From Gammaproteobacteria bacterium (GTDB lineage Bacteria > Pseudomonadota > Gammaproteobacteria > Steroidobacterales > Foliamicaceae), in NCBI GenBank assembly GCA_965200225.1, contig CBDATM010000001.1, positions 516,846 to 580,845 on the forward strand: a DNA stretch of 64,000 nucleotides, in the 5' to 3' direction. Shown one piece after another: positions 47,791 to 60,107 of the stretch. Below the pieces are notes generated by a model that did not search any database, was not told the DNA's origin, and worked only from the letters and a program-made list of their open reading frames with translations. How positions within the stretch are numbered: the stretch's first letter is position 1; the number at the start of each line of letters is the position of its first letter. The translations under genes and the position numbers were made by a program.

Positions 47791-48369
47791 CGCAGGTCCA
47801 CGAATTCGAGCTCCGGCAACTGGTTACGTGAGCGAATTGGTTGTACAGGGGGGGGGGGTAGAAAGCAACTTCGCGCTTACCGTGCTCGGAAGTACCGTCA
47901 CCAACGTTGCGCCGAGCAGCAAGGCGAGGCGTCTATAGGCTCTTGAAATTTGTGGCATCGTGGGAAGATCCGCAGTGGATGGATTCGCGCATCAGGGGAT
48001 TGCTCGAAGGTATTGATGTCCTTCGGCCGCACGTACCACTATGAAAATAGCTGTCATTCCGCTTGAGCGCATACAGATGTATCGGAAAATCTACCATACA
48101 CCCGACATTCGACATTGCTGTGCTGTCTTCTGGCCAGCGTAATCCAATACGGAAGCCTGAAGCGGGCAGTTTCGGCGCGACACAAGAAGCATCCTTGTTC
48201 AGGGAGACGGTACTACCGTAGCCTTCTCTTCGCTCCCACTCTTCCGGGAGTGTTGGAGGCAGGATGCCGGAACCAAGCCCCATGGATGGGTTTATGCGTC
48301 TCCCGGAAGAGGGGGAGCGAAGAGAAGGCGGAATTGAAGCAACCCCGTTCCGACAGTTGTGGGGGGTGT

Positions 48370-48407
48370 AAAAAAAGCCCTGCCGTTCGGTTGAAGGGCA
48401 GGGCTTT
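48370..48407 (-). terminator. Rho-independent terminator of groESL
   Basis: Stem aaagccctgcc/ggcagggcttt followed by a T7 tract on the minus strand, about 60 bp after the groEL stop. Confidence 0.85.
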
Positions 48408-48468
48408 GTGGGTGTGTGCTGGTTTTGGCAGCCACGCGGATGTGGCGGCGGCCGAAACCGGGAGGAAG

Positions 48469-50115
<1,647 letters not shown>

Positions 50116-50207
50116 CTATCCGGTATGTGTTGAATCTGGGCCTTAGTAAACCCAAAGTTAGTCGATTTACGACCGCTAGACCGACTAGCCGGTCGATTCG
50201 CAATCGG

Positions 50208-50498
50208 CTAGTCCTCGACGATGGCCATGACGTCGTCCTCCTTCATGACCAGCAGTTCCTCACCGTCCACCTTGACTTCCGTGCCGCTGTACTTCCCGAA
50301 CAGCACCTTGTCGCCCGCCTTCAGTTCCAGCGGCCGAACCTCGCCGTTTTCGAGCACCTTGCCCTTGCCCGCGGCGATTACTTCCCCGCGGATGGGCTTT
50401 TCAGCAGCCGAATCGGGAATCACGATCCCCCCGGGGGATTTCAGTTCGTCCTCCGTACGGCGTATCAGCACCCTGTCTTGCAGCGGTCGAATTTTCAT
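50208..50498 (-). CDS. groS: Co-chaperonin GroES
   Basis: [23 protein letters not shown] and KYSGTEVK motifs. Confidence 0.98.
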   Translation of the reverse strand: MKIRPLQDRVLIRRTEDELKSPGGIVIPDSAAEKPIRGEVIAAGKGKVLENGEVRPLELKAGDKVLFGKYSGTEVKVDGEELLVMKEDDVMAIVED

Positions 50499-50587
50499 CT
50501 TGCTTTCTCCTCATCGGAAATGCTTCAAGCCGCGACCCTGAGGCGCAGCAGTTGCCTAAAACCTGCCCCTGATCAAGTGGGCGGGTA

Positions 50588-50617
50588 AATGATAGGGACG
50601 GATATCGCTTTTTCAAG
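50588..50617 (-). promoter_or_regulatory. Putative sigma-32 (RpoH) promoter of groESL
   Basis: Minus strand CTTGAA-N14-CCCTATCAT, about 90 bp upstream of groES, close to the CTTGAA-N13-14-CCCCATnT consensus. Confidence 0.65.
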
Positions 50618-50815
50618 TGCCGATGCGGAAATTCAGGCGCTGGCATGGGAATTGCGCGCTGCCCGCGCCGCGAAACAAGCCGGAAAACATGCGTTCGTCG
50701 AGGGAACGAGCCCTCTCGGCGCAACTCGCAATCGGTTTGGATGAACTCGCTTGAGACGGGCGCATACATCTGCTAAACTGCCTTGATAAGGGGTAATCAG
50801 GACAGGGGAAACGTT

Positions 50816-53266
50816 ATGGTGCCTGGCATTCGTTGCGGAATGAGATGGGTCGCGACGCTCGCGCTCCTGATGTCAGGATTGGCCGGAAGCGCGTTCGCGC
50901 AGTCGGAAGGCGCGGCTCTGGAGGAAATCGTCGTAACGGCGCGCAAGGTGGAGGAGCGGTTGCAGGACGTGCCGCTTGCGATTACCGCCTTCAGCGCCGC
51001 CGAGATCCAGTCGGCGGGAATCGAGAACCTCGACGATGTGGCCAACCTCACGCCAGGCATGACCTTCTCGAACCTGATCGGCGAGTTTCTTCCGGTGCCC
51101 GTGATTCGCAGTATTGCGCCCACAGCGGTTCAGGACCGGGAGAATAACGCGGCGATCTTTGTTGACGGCGTATACGTGTCTGGCCGCGAAGGACTGAATT
51201 TCAGTCAGCTCGATCTGGAGCGCATCGAGGTGGTGAAGGGTCCCCAGGCGGCGATGTACGGCCGCAACAGCTTCAGCGGAGCGGTCAATTTCGTGACCGC
51301 GCGGCCGACGGACGAGTTGCGTAGCAAGGCAGAGCTCACTTTCGGCGACCGGGGCCGGATCGTTGCGTCCGGCGCGATCAGCGGGCCGCTTGTGGAAGAC
51401 AGGTTGCGCGCCCGTGTCGCAATCATCCTGAATCAATGGGACGGCTCCTATGAGAATCAGGTTCCCGACGGTCCGGACATCGGCGGATTCGAGTACGAAA
51501 CTCTCCAGGGCAGTCTCTACTGGACGCCCACGGAACAATTCGAGGCGGGCCTTTCGCTGTACACCTCGAAGGACCAGATCGACGTGTCCGCCCTGACCTC
51601 GGTTACAGCGAACTGCGAAAACGTCAGCGCCAGGGGCGAGCGGCTGGCGAATTACTGCGGCGAACTGCCGAGCGTGGGCAAGAATGACTTGAGCATTCTC
51701 TCGGGAGCCGCCGGGGAAGAGCGGGACGTGGAGCGCGCCCATCTGACGATGAAGCTGGACACTGCGCTGGGCGAGTTCTCGGCGCTGTCGGGATTCTCGC
51801 AGGTTGAACAAACATTCCTTTACGATGGCTCGCGCGGCAATCCAACCACCACGTTCGCCTATCAGTCGTCGGTCTCGCCGTTTCCCCGAGCCTTCGTTCT
51901 CGGCACCTTCGACGTCGAACTGCTTCAGATCGGCGCGCCCGCCTCCACCGAAGAATTCAGCCAGGAGTTGCGTTTCACAAGCCCGGATGATGGGCGCTGG
52001 CGTTATTCGGTAGGCGCGTACTACTACAGCGTCGAGAAGAAGGATGGAAACAGCGGCGTGGCGGCGCAGACCCCCTTGCCGCGGGGATTTGCCAATTTCT
52101 GCCCCTGCATCCAGTTCTTCCCGGGCGTCGGTTTCGCCTTGCCGGCATTTCCACGGACATCGGTGGGTGACCTGGCTTTCCGCGGGTGGTTTTCCGGGCC
52201 CAGGGGGGACGCCACGGATGAGGTTGAGCAATTGTTGGAGACCGACGCCAGGTCGGTGTTCGGGTCCCTGGACGCCAACTTTACCGACCAGCTGAAGGGA
52301 CGGGTCGAGCTGCGCTGGACGGACGAGGAAAAGCACAGTCAGGATTTTGTGTCCGATTTCGACCTCAACAACTCCTGGGACTTCATCTCCTGGCGGGCAA
52401 CGCTGGACTTCAAGCCCAGCGAGAACACCATGTACTACGCGTCGATTGCGGGCGCCGAAAAAAGCGGGGCCTTCGATTTCGATAACGAGGAGAACATCAA
52501 CGGAGAGCAGGTTTTCGTCGCGAGCTTCATTGACCCGGAAAAGAACACCTCCTACGAACTTGGCGTCAAGGGCACCTACATGGGCGGCCGTTTGAGCGCG
52601 GACATCGCCCTGTTCTTCATCGACTGGACCGAAATCGTGATTCCGCAATTGGTGGGAATTGATTCCAGCGGCATCCCGCTTACCGGCACCATCAGCCTCG
52701 ACATGAACGCCGGAGATGCAACCGTGCAAGGGCTGGAGGCGTCATTCGGTTTCGCGTTCACCGAGAGCCTGACCGGCACCCTGGGCTTCTCGCTGACGGA
52801 TTCCGAGTTTGACGACGCCAGGATCGAGTCGTTTGCCGACTTTCCCAGTTATGCGCCGGACGGCGATGTGGCTGGCAACGAGTTGTTGCGCCAGTCCGCG
52901 ACCCAGGCAAATGCCACGCTGAATTACCGGCGCGCATTCCGGGGCGACATGGAGTGGTATGTGCGCACCGATGTCCTTTATACGGGCAAGCAATGGGTCG
53001 GCGCGGTCAATCAGGCGGAAATCCCCGCCCACACCTACGTCAACCTCAAAATCGGAATTGACGCCGAGCGTTACTCGGTGGAGTTGTGGTCGGACAATCT
53101 GCTGGATGACGACAAGCCGGTGGCCGGATTCCGCGACGTGTGGTTCTCGAACGCTTTGCCCGGCGGTGGGGCCGGCGGCTTCTTCGACACCTTCTTCCCG
53201 TGGCGCATCACGCTTTCGCATCCCCGCCGCCGTCAGGTAGGCGTTACCGCGAGGTTCAACTTCTAG
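50816..53266 (+). CDS. TonB-dependent receptor
   Basis: LEEIVVTARK TonB box, RIEVVKGPQAAMYGRNSFSGAVN plug motif and C-terminal F. Start uncertain. Confidence 0.9.
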   Translation: MVPGIRCGMRWVATLALLMSGLAGSAFAQSEGAALEEIVVTARKVEERLQDVPLAITAFSAAEIQSAGIENLDDVANLTPGMTFSNLIGEFLPVPVIRSIAPTAVQDRENNAAIFVDGVYVSGREGLNFSQLDLERIEVVKGPQAAMYGRNSFSGAVNFVTARPTDELRSKAELTFGDRGRIVASGAISGPLVEDRLRARVAIILNQWDGSYENQVPDGPDIGGFEYETLQGSLYWTPTEQFEAGLSLYTSKDQIDVSALTSVTANCENVSARGERLANYCGELPSVGKNDLSILSGAAGEERDVERAHLTMKLDTALGEFSALSGFSQVEQTFLYDGSRGNPTTTFAYQSSVSPFPRAFVLGTFDVELLQIGAPASTEEFSQELRFTSPDDGRWRYSVGAYYYSVEKKDGNSGVAAQTPLPRGFANFCPCIQFFPGVGFALPAFPRTSVGDLAFRGWFSGPRGDATDEVEQLLETDARSVFGSLDANFTDQLKGRVELRWTDEEKHSQDFVSDFDLNNSWDFISWRATLDFKPSENTMYYASIAGAEKSGAFDFDNEENINGEQVFVASFIDPEKNTSYELGVKGTYMGGRLSADIALFFIDWTEIVIPQLVGIDSSGIPLTGTISLDMNAGDATVQGLEASFGFAFTESLTGTLGFSLTDSEFDDARIESFADFPSYAPDGDVAGNELLRQSATQANATLNYRRAFRGDMEWYVRTDVLYTGKQWVGAVNQAEIPAHTYVNLKIGIDAERYSVELWSDNLLDDDKPVAGFRDVWFSNALPGGGAGGFFDTFFPWRITLSHPRRRQVGVTARFNF

Positions 53267-53458
53267 CCCGCATTTCCCGGGGGCTGGTCCTTTTGACCCA
53301 GCCACGCCCACGGTGAAGGGAGCATGGACGCGCACCCCAGAGTCAAAATCCCAGCGACGCCCCGGCACCTGACGAAATATCCGCGCTGAATTTGTCGCGC
53401 TTGCGCTTTTACACCAAGTGTGGCTATCATGCCACCTTCTTCTGCCAAGTATGACCCT

Positions 53459-53902
53459 ATGGCGTCTATCCTCCTGCTTAACGGCCCCAATCTCAACCTC
53501 CTGGGACAGCGCGAACCCGAAGTGTACGGAAAGGACACGCTCGCGGACATCGAACAACGCTGCCGCGCTGAAGCCCAGCGGCTGGGACATGATCTGAACT
53601 GTGGGCAGAGCAACAGCGAAGGGCGGATGGTGGACTGGCTGCAGGCCAATGCGCCGGGCGCCGACTTCCTGCTGCTGAATCCGGGCGCGTACGGGCACAC
53701 CAGCATTGCCTTGCGCGACGCTCTGCTGGGGCTGGACCTGCCGTTTGTGGAAGTGCACCTGTCCAATGTGCATGCGCGGGAGGAATTTCGCCGCTCCTCC
53801 ATGCTGACCGACATTGCCGTCGGCTGCATCAGTGGCCTGGGCGCGCAAGGCTACCTGCTGGCGCTTCAGTACGTGGCCGAACAACTGCGCGGCGAGAGTT
53901 GA
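53459..53902 (+). CDS. aroQ: Type II 3-dehydroquinate dehydratase
   Basis: LNGPNLNLLGQREPEVYG, NPGAYGHTSIALRDA and EVHLSNVHAREEFR motifs. Confidence 0.96.
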   Translation: MASILLLNGPNLNLLGQREPEVYGKDTLADIEQRCRAEAQRLGHDLNCGQSNSEGRMVDWLQANAPGADFLLLNPGAYGHTSIALRDALLGLDLPFVEVHLSNVHAREEFRRSSMLTDIAVGCISGLGAQGYLLALQYVAEQLRGES

Positions 53903-53922
53903 GGATTACGGGGGGAGTTCGC

Positions 53923-54372
53923 ATGGACTTGAGGAAGATCAGGACTCTGATCCAGCTTCTGCAGGAGTCGGAGCTGGCCGAGATCGAGGTTACCGACGGC
54001 GAACAGTCCGTTCGTATCAGCCGCACCAGCACGGTAGCAGCCGCGCAGGCCCCGCAACTGGTGACGGTTGCGCCCGGGCCGAGGGCGGACGCGGAAGAAA
54101 CTGCGGTGCCCGAAGTTGAAGAGGCGGAGCCGGAGGGCGAGCAAGTGACCTCTCCGATGGTGGGGATCTTTTATGCGGCGCCTTCGCCCACATCGCCGCC
54201 GTTCGTTCGGGTGGGCGACAAGGTGCAGGCCGGCGACGTGCTCTGCGTAGTCGAAGCCATGAAGACCATGAACTACATCGAGAGCGAGCACTCCGGCGAG
54301 GTGGCGGCCATCCTGGTGGAGAATGCCGAGCCGGTGGAGTACGGCCAGCCGCTTTTTGTCATCCGCACCTGA
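53923..54372 (+). CDS. accB: Acetyl-CoA carboxylase biotin carboxyl carrier protein
   Basis: MDLRKI, SPMVG and the EAMK biotinylation motif. Confidence 0.96.
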   Translation: MDLRKIRTLIQLLQESELAEIEVTDGEQSVRISRTSTVAAAQAPQLVTVAPGPRADAEETAVPEVEEAEPEGEQVTSPMVGIFYAAPSPTSPPFVRVGDKVQAGDVLCVVEAMKTMNYIESEHSGEVAAILVENAEPVEYGQPLFVIRT

Positions 54373-54383
54373 GCGGCACGCGG

Positions 54384-55769
54384 ATGTTCGAAAAAGTCCT
54401 GATCGCCAACCGGGGCGAGATCGCCCTGCGGATACTGCGCGCCTGCTGCGAACTCGGCATACGGGTGGTGGCCGTGCATTCCAGCGCCGACACTCAGCTC
54501 AAGCACGTTCGGCTGGCGGATGAATCGGTGTGCATTGGTCCGGCGCCGGCCGAGCAGAGCTACCTCAACATTCCCGCGATCATCGCCGCCGCCGAGGTGA
54601 CCGGCGCCGACGCGATTCATCCCGGCTACGGATTTCTGGCGGAGAATGCGGATTTCGCCGAACGGGTGGAACAATCCGGTTTCACATTTATCGGCCCGCC
54701 GGTGAGCGCCATTCAGACCATGGGCGACAAGGTGCGGGCCATTCAGGCCATGAAGACGGCGGGCGTGCCCACCGTGCCGGGATCCGGCGGAGTGCTTGGG
54801 GACAGCATGGAAGACATCATGCGTCTGGCCGAGCGGATCGGTCCGCCGGTAATCGTGAAAGCGGCCGGCGGAGGCGGAGGACGTGGCATGCGCGTGGCGC
54901 AGACGGTGGACGAGTTGCCTCGCATCATTCCACTCACCCGCGGCGAAGCCCAGGCGGCATTCGGCGATCCGCGGCTGTATATGGAGAAATTTCTCACCCG
55001 GCCGCGTCATGTGGAGTTCCAGGTACTCGCCGATGGGCACGGCAAGGTCATCCACCTGGGCGAGCGCGACTGTTCCATGCAGCGCCGCCACCAGAAGGTC
55101 GTCGAGGAAGCGCCCGCCCCGGGTATCGGCGCGGAAGCCCGCGAGCGCATCGGCGCCCTGTGCGTGCAGGCTTGCGTCGATCTGGGCTACCGCGGGGCCG
55201 GCACCTTCGAGTTTCTCTACCAGGACGGCGAGTTCTATTTCATCGAGATGAACACCCGCCTGCAGGTGGAGCACCCGGTTACCGAGCTGATTACCGGCTT
55301 CGACATCGTGCAGGAGCAACTGCGGGTGGCGGCCGGCGAGCCGCTGGGTATCCGCCAGGAGGACATCACTTTTTTCGGGCACGCTATCGAGTGCCGTATC
55401 AACGCCGAGCATCCCGAGACCTTCGCGCCCTCGCCGGGAACGGTGGCGCTGTGGCATGCGCCCGGCGGTCCGGGGGTGCGCGTGGACAGCCACCTGTATA
55501 CGGGCTACCAGGTGCCGCCGTACTACGATTCCCTGGTGGGGAAGGTGATCGCCTGGGGCAACAGCCGCACCGCCGCCATTGCCCGCATGAAGCTGGCCTT
55601 GAATGAAATGGTGACCGAAGGGCTGGTTACGAACATGTCGCTTCACCAGGCAATCCTTGAAACAGAAGGCTTTTCGGCCGGCGGAGCGGACATCCATTTT
55701 CTGGAGAAATGGCTGGAATCAACCACCGATTTGCAAGCCTCCGAGCGACCGTTCAATCCCGTGCTATAG
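54384..55769 (+). CDS. accC: Acetyl-CoA carboxylase biotin carboxylase
   Basis: [27 protein letters not shown] and [14 protein letters not shown] motifs. Confidence 0.97.
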   Translation: MFEKVLIANRGEIALRILRACCELGIRVVAVHSSADTQLKHVRLADESVCIGPAPAEQSYLNIPAIIAAAEVTGADAIHPGYGFLAENADFAERVEQSGFTFIGPPVSAIQTMGDKVRAIQAMKTAGVPTVPGSGGVLGDSMEDIMRLAERIGPPVIVKAAGGGGGRGMRVAQTVDELPRIIPLTRGEAQAAFGDPRLYMEKFLTRPRHVEFQVLADGHGKVIHLGERDCSMQRRHQKVVEEAPAPGIGAEARERIGALCVQACVDLGYRGAGTFEFLYQDGEFYFIEMNTRLQVEHPVTELITGFDIVQEQLRVAAGEPLGIRQEDITFFGHAIECRINAEHPETFAPSPGTVALWHAPGGPGVRVDSHLYTGYQVPPYYDSLVGKVIAWGNSRTAAIARMKLALNEMVTEGLVTNMSLHQAILETEGFSAGGADIHFLEKWLESTTDLQASERPFNPVL

Positions 55770-55834
55770 TGGCCGCCCGCTCCCGGATTCGCCGGTAAAG
55801 CGGACACTGAAAAAACACCATTGGGGGAGTTGGT

Positions 55835-56140
55835 TTGACCGCCGACCAGGGGGTAGGTGATCGGCGCCAATCGGCGCACCTTTCGGGCCAGCCCGGCAAC
55901 TCAAACGGATCGCGCACGCTTCGGGAACTTACCTGCGAGGCGGTGCGCGACTATTGCCATACGCTCAATGGGCGCTGGCCCACGGACCTCTACGACATCG
56001 TGGTCACGGAAGTGGAGTCGGCCCTGCTGGAAAGCGTGATGGAATACGCCGGCGGCAACCAGACTCGGGCGGCGCGCATGCTGGGTATCGACCGTGGCAC
56101 CCTTCGCAGCAAGTTGCGCCGGCACGATCAAGGCTTGTGA
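55835..56140 (+). CDS. fis: DNA-binding protein Fis
   Basis: LYDIVVTEVE..LL and GNQTRAARMLGIDRGTLRSKL HTH; upstream of purH. Start uncertain. Confidence 0.85.
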   Translation: MTADQGVGDRRQSAHLSGQPGNSNGSRTLRELTCEAVRDYCHTLNGRWPTDLYDIVVTEVESALLESVMEYAGGNQTRAARMLGIDRGTLRSKLRRHDQGL

Positions 56141-56205
56141 AGCCGGCCCCGGCGGGGTGGCGCCAAAGCGGCAATATGAGCCGGTAGCGATACTAGTTTT
56201 GGCGT

Positions 56206-57765
56206 ATGCGGCCCAGGGCCCTGTTTAGCGTATCCGACAAGACCGGCGCGGTTGAGTTCGCGGCCCGCTTGTCGGAGCTCGGCTGGGAACTCATCGCTTC
56301 CGGGGGCACTGCCGGCGCCCTGCGCCGAGCGGGGCTCGCAGTTACCGGCGTGGCTTCGGTAACCGGCGAACCGGAGTTGATGGGCGGGCGCGTGAAGACG
56401 CTGCATCCGGCCATTCACGGTGGCTTGCTCTGCCGTCCCGAAATCGACGCCGGCGAAATGCAAGAGCATGGTATTCGGCCGATTTCGCTGGCCGTGATCA
56501 ATCTTTATCCATTTGTGGAGACCGCTTCGCAGGCGGGCGCCGGGCGCGCGGAGGTGATCGAGCAGATCGATGTGGGCGGACCGGCCATGATTCGGGCGGC
56601 GGCCAAGAACCACCAGCGTGTGGGCGTGGTGGTGGATCCTGCCGACTACGAGCCGATCGCCGTTGAAATTGAGGCTTCCGGGGAATTGAGCGAAGGCACC
56701 CGCTGTGAGCTTGCGGCCAAGGCTTTCGATCACACGGCACGCTACGACCGGGCGATACACGGCTGGCTGGCGTCCGGCGGCCGCGCGGCATCGTCCGGGG
56801 GCAGCGCCGATGAGCCTCTGCCGGATCGGCTCTCCGTGGAACTGGTAAAGCAGGCGGACCTGCGCTACGGCGAGAACCCGCATCAGCAGGCCGCCTTGTA
56901 TGCTTCTGCGAGCGCGCCGGACGACGCCGACATTCGCCTGCTCGGCGGCAAGCCGCTCTCCTACAATAATCTTGCCGACGCGGACCTGGCCCTGCAATGT
57001 GCCGCGGCGCTTCCGAAATGTACCTGCGCCATCGTCAAGCATGCGACCCCCTGCGGAGTAGCGGTGAGCGGCAGTGCGAGCGTCGCTTATCGGCGCGCGT
57101 TTGCCGCCGACCCCGAATCCGCTTTCGGCGGCGTCATCGCCTTCAACTGCCCATTGGACGAAGAAGCCGCCCGGGCGGTGGCCGAGCAGTTCGCCGAAGT
57201 TGTGATCGCGCCCGAGTTCTCGCCCGGGGCGCTGGATGCCCTCAAGGCGCGCGGCAATTTGCGCATTTTGAAACAAACTCCGCTGTCTTCCGGCCGTGAT
57301 AGTGGCTTGCCCGGCCTAAAGGTGCTGCAGGGTGCCGTTTTGGCGCAGACTCCGGATACCGCGGCGGAGAAGCGCCACGAGGTGGTCAGCCAACGCGTGC
57401 CCACCGAAAGGGAAGAGCGCGATGCCCGGTTCGCCTGGACTGTCGCCCGCTTCGTTTCATCCAACGCGGTAGTGTATGCACGCGACGGACAAACGCTGGG
57501 CATCGGCGGCGGGCAGACCAGCCGCGTAATGAGCGCCCGCATCGCCGCCCAGCGCGCTTCTTCCGCCGGTTTCGACCTGGCCGGCGCCGCCATGGCGTCG
57601 GACGGTTTCCTTCCGTTTGCCGACGGCCTCACCACCGCCGCCGCCGAGGGCGTAACCGTCGTCATACAGCCCGGCGGCTCGATCCGCGACAAGGAAGTGA
57701 TCGCCGCGGCCAATGAACATGGCGTGGCCATGCTGTTTACCGGCGTGCGCCATTTCCGGCACTGA
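56206..57765 (+). CDS. purH: AICAR transformylase/IMP cyclohydrolase
   Basis: SVSDKTG, GRVKTLHP, LRYGENPHQ, IQPGGSIRD and RHFRH motifs. Confidence 0.96.
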   Translation: MRPRALFSVSDKTGAVEFAARLSELGWELIASGGTAGALRRAGLAVTGVASVTGEPELMGGRVKTLHPAIHGGLLCRPEIDAGEMQEHGIRPISLAVINLYPFVETASQAGAGRAEVIEQIDVGGPAMIRAAAKNHQRVGVVVDPADYEPIAVEIEASGELSEGTRCELAAKAFDHTARYDRAIHGWLASGGRAASSGGSADEPLPDRLSVELVKQADLRYGENPHQQAALYASASAPDDADIRLLGGKPLSYNNLADADLALQCAAALPKCTCAIVKHATPCGVAVSGSASVAYRRAFAADPESAFGGVIAFNCPLDEEAARAVAEQFAEVVIAPEFSPGALDALKARGNLRILKQTPLSSGRDSGLPGLKVLQGAVLAQTPDTAAEKRHEVVSQRVPTEREERDARFAWTVARFVSSNAVVYARDGQTLGIGGGQTSRVMSARIAAQRASSAGFDLAGAAMASDGFLPFADGLTTAAAEGVTVVIQPGGSIRDKEVIAAANEHGVAMLFTGVRHFRH

Positions 57766-59051
57766 TGAAAGTCCTCGTTATCGGCTCCGGCGGCCGCGAG
57801 CACGCGCTGGCCTGGAAACTCGCCTCCTCCCCCCGCGTGAGCGAAGTCCTTGTTGCACCCGGCAACGCCGGTACCGCTCGCGAGCCCGGCGTGCACAACG
57901 TGCCGTTGGACGCGGACGAGAACGCTCGCTTGATCGCGTTTGCCCTTACGGAAGGCGTGGAGCTTGTCGTTCCCGGACCGGAAGGGCCGCTGGTAGCCGG
58001 CCTCGTCGATCAGATGGCCAGAGCCGGACTGCGCTGTTTCGGACCCACAGCGGCCGCAGCCCGGCTGGAGGGATCGAAAGGGTTCGCCAAGCAGGTGCTG
58101 GCTGACGCCGGCGCGCCCACTGCCGGGTACCGGGAGTTCACCGAACTGGAGCCCGCGCTGCGGCACGTGGACGAGCGCACGGCGCCCATGGTGGTGAAGG
58201 CAGACGGTCTGGCCGCCGGCAAGGGCGTGATCCTGGCCGAAACGCGCCAACAAGCTCGCGCGGCGCTCAAGGACATGCTCGAAACGGGCGCGTTCGGCGA
58301 TGCGGGCCGCCGGGTACTGGTGGAGGACTTCCTTGTGGGTGAGGAAGCCAGTTTCATCGCGTTGGTGGACGGCGAGCATGTCCTGCCGCTGGCCTCTTCG
58401 CAGGACCACAAGGCGCGCGACGATGGGGACCACGGGCCAAACACCGGCGGCATGGGCGCCTACTCGCCGGCGCCGGTGCTGGACCCATCGGTAGAGGCCA
58501 GGGTCATGAGCGAGATCATGCACCCTGTGGTCCGTACGATGCGTGACAATGGCACGCCTTTCAGCGGCGTGCTCTACGCCGGCTTGATGATTTCGCCCGA
58601 TGGCGCGCCCCGGGTCCTGGAGTTCAATGTGCGCTTTGGCGATCCGGAGTGCCAGCCGCTGATGATGCGCCTCAAGACCGATCTGCTGGATCTTGTGGAC
58701 GCGACCCTGGCGGGCCGGCTCGACCAGGCCCGCCCGCGCTGGACCCGGAAAAGCGCGCTGGGCGTGGTGATGGCTTCAGACGGCTATCCCGGCAGCTATT
58801 CCACCGGCCAGCGTATTGAAGGTCTGGATGCGCCCGACGGAGACACGGTCAAGGTGTTTCACGCGGGCACGGACCTAAAAGACGGCGAGGTGGTCACCTC
58901 CGGCGGCCGGGTGCTGTGCGTAACGGCCCTCGGCGAGACGCTCCCCCAGGCGCGGGAGCGGAGCTACGGCAAGGTGTCGGAAATCGCCTTTGAAGGCGCC
59001 TTCTGCCGATCCGATATCGGCGCCCGCGCGCTGGCCCGGTTGCACGATTAA
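57765..59051 (+). CDS. purD: Phosphoribosylamine-glycine ligase
   Basis: GSGGREHAL, KADGLAAGKGV, NTGGMGAYSP and EFNVRFGDPE motifs. Confidence 0.97.
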   Translation: MKVLVIGSGGREHALAWKLASSPRVSEVLVAPGNAGTAREPGVHNVPLDADENARLIAFALTEGVELVVPGPEGPLVAGLVDQMARAGLRCFGPTAAAARLEGSKGFAKQVLADAGAPTAGYREFTELEPALRHVDERTAPMVVKADGLAAGKGVILAETRQQARAALKDMLETGAFGDAGRRVLVEDFLVGEEASFIALVDGEHVLPLASSQDHKARDDGDHGPNTGGMGAYSPAPVLDPSVEARVMSEIMHPVVRTMRDNGTPFSGVLYAGLMISPDGAPRVLEFNVRFGDPECQPLMMRLKTDLLDLVDATLAGRLDQARPRWTRKSALGVVMASDGYPGSYSTGQRIEGLDAPDGDTVKVFHAGTDLKDGEVVTSGGRVLCVTALGETLPQARERSYGKVSEIAFEGAFCRSDIGARALARLHD

Positions 59052-59084
59052 CGGAGAATGTTCCGGAGAGCCAAGGGAAAGCGC

Positions 59085-59927
59085 ATGACGTATCGCATCG
59101 GCATTATCGGCACGGGCGCCGCGCCCACCGGGACCAGCGTGCCTCCTGCGCCCATTGCGGAAATCGCAGGGGAGGGTTTTTCGCCAGAACTCATTGAACC
59201 GCGCATGCGCACCTTCCCCATGACGCCCTTCGATCGTGGCCTGACCGCGCTGGCGTACCTGGATTGCGCTCTGGAAGCGGAGAAAGTGGGGTTCGACGCC
59301 GTGTTCATCAATACCGTGGGCGATTACGGCATTGATGAAATGAAATCAGCCACCAACATGGTCGTGGTGGGCGCCGGCGAAGCCACCATGGCCCTGTGCG
59401 CCAACACCGGCCGCAACTTCTCCATCGTGACGATCTGGCCGCGCAAGCTGAATTTCATCTTCGACGAGCGCGTGGCGAGTTGCGGCATGGAGAATCGCTG
59501 CGTTTCGATCCGAAACGTGCTGCAGGATGCCGAGATCGCGGATGTGGGGGACGCCGGCGCAACCACCGCCGGTCTGCAGCAACGCAAGGAAGCGCTCAAG
59601 GACCGGATCGTCGAGACTATCCACGCTGCTGTCGCCGAAGACGGAGCCCACGCCGTGATGCTCGGCTGCACCTGCATGGCGCCCGTCGGGCCCGACATTG
59701 CCGCACGGGTTGGCGGCGTGCCCGTATTCGAGCCCATGCGCGTCGGCTACAAGACCGCCGAAGCTCTGCTCGCACTGGGCGTTCGTCACAGCGACGTGGC
59801 CTTCCCCAAACCCAATCCGGAAAATCTCAGCGCCGTAGGCACTCTGGTTGCCGGCCAGGGTAACGTGGATCTGGGTGGCGACTGCGAAGTATGCGTGATC
59901 GCCGACGAGAAATCGCCGCCGCGCTAG
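59085..59927 (+). CDS. Aspartate/glutamate/hydantoin racemase family protein
   Basis: GFDAVFINTVGDYG and EDGAHAVMLGCTCM motifs. Confidence 0.75.
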   Translation: MTYRIGIIGTGAAPTGTSVPPAPIAEIAGEGFSPELIEPRMRTFPMTPFDRGLTALAYLDCALEAEKVGFDAVFINTVGDYGIDEMKSATNMVVVGAGEATMALCANTGRNFSIVTIWPRKLNFIFDERVASCGMENRCVSIRNVLQDAEIADVGDAGATTAGLQQRKEALKDRIVETIHAAVAEDGAHAVMLGCTCMAPVGPDIAARVGGVPVFEPMRVGYKTAEALLALGVRHSDVAFPKPNPENLSAVGTLVAGQGNVDLGGDCEVCVIADEKSPPR

Positions 59928-60023
59928 CCCGCCGCCAGCGCCGTTATCCGGCTGGGGCGAGGTCGGTGGTTGGGAGCGCAATTCGATCGAGAAGTAGCGA
60001 ACTCACGCATCCGCAGTAGTCGT

Positions 60024-60053
60024 TTGACACCCTGGGCTGTTGCGGGATATAAC
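60024..60053 (+). promoter_or_regulatory. Near-consensus sigma-70 promoter
   Basis: TTGACA-N18-TATAAC, followed by a GGAGGAG RBS before ATG 60108. Confidence 0.6.
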
Positions 60054-60107
60054 TGGGCACAAGGGAAGGTCACAGGGACTTTTCATGGAGATCCAGGGAG
60101 GAGAAGA

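Noticed and set aside
47933-48283. 116-aa ORF in the degraded islet
   Set aside because: No motif, RBS or typical codon bias, so it cannot be supported as a gene.
46072-48350. Prophage, integron or IS at the glnE-groEL islet
   Set aside because: No integrase or transposase remnant, att site, terminal inverted repeats or target duplication was visible.
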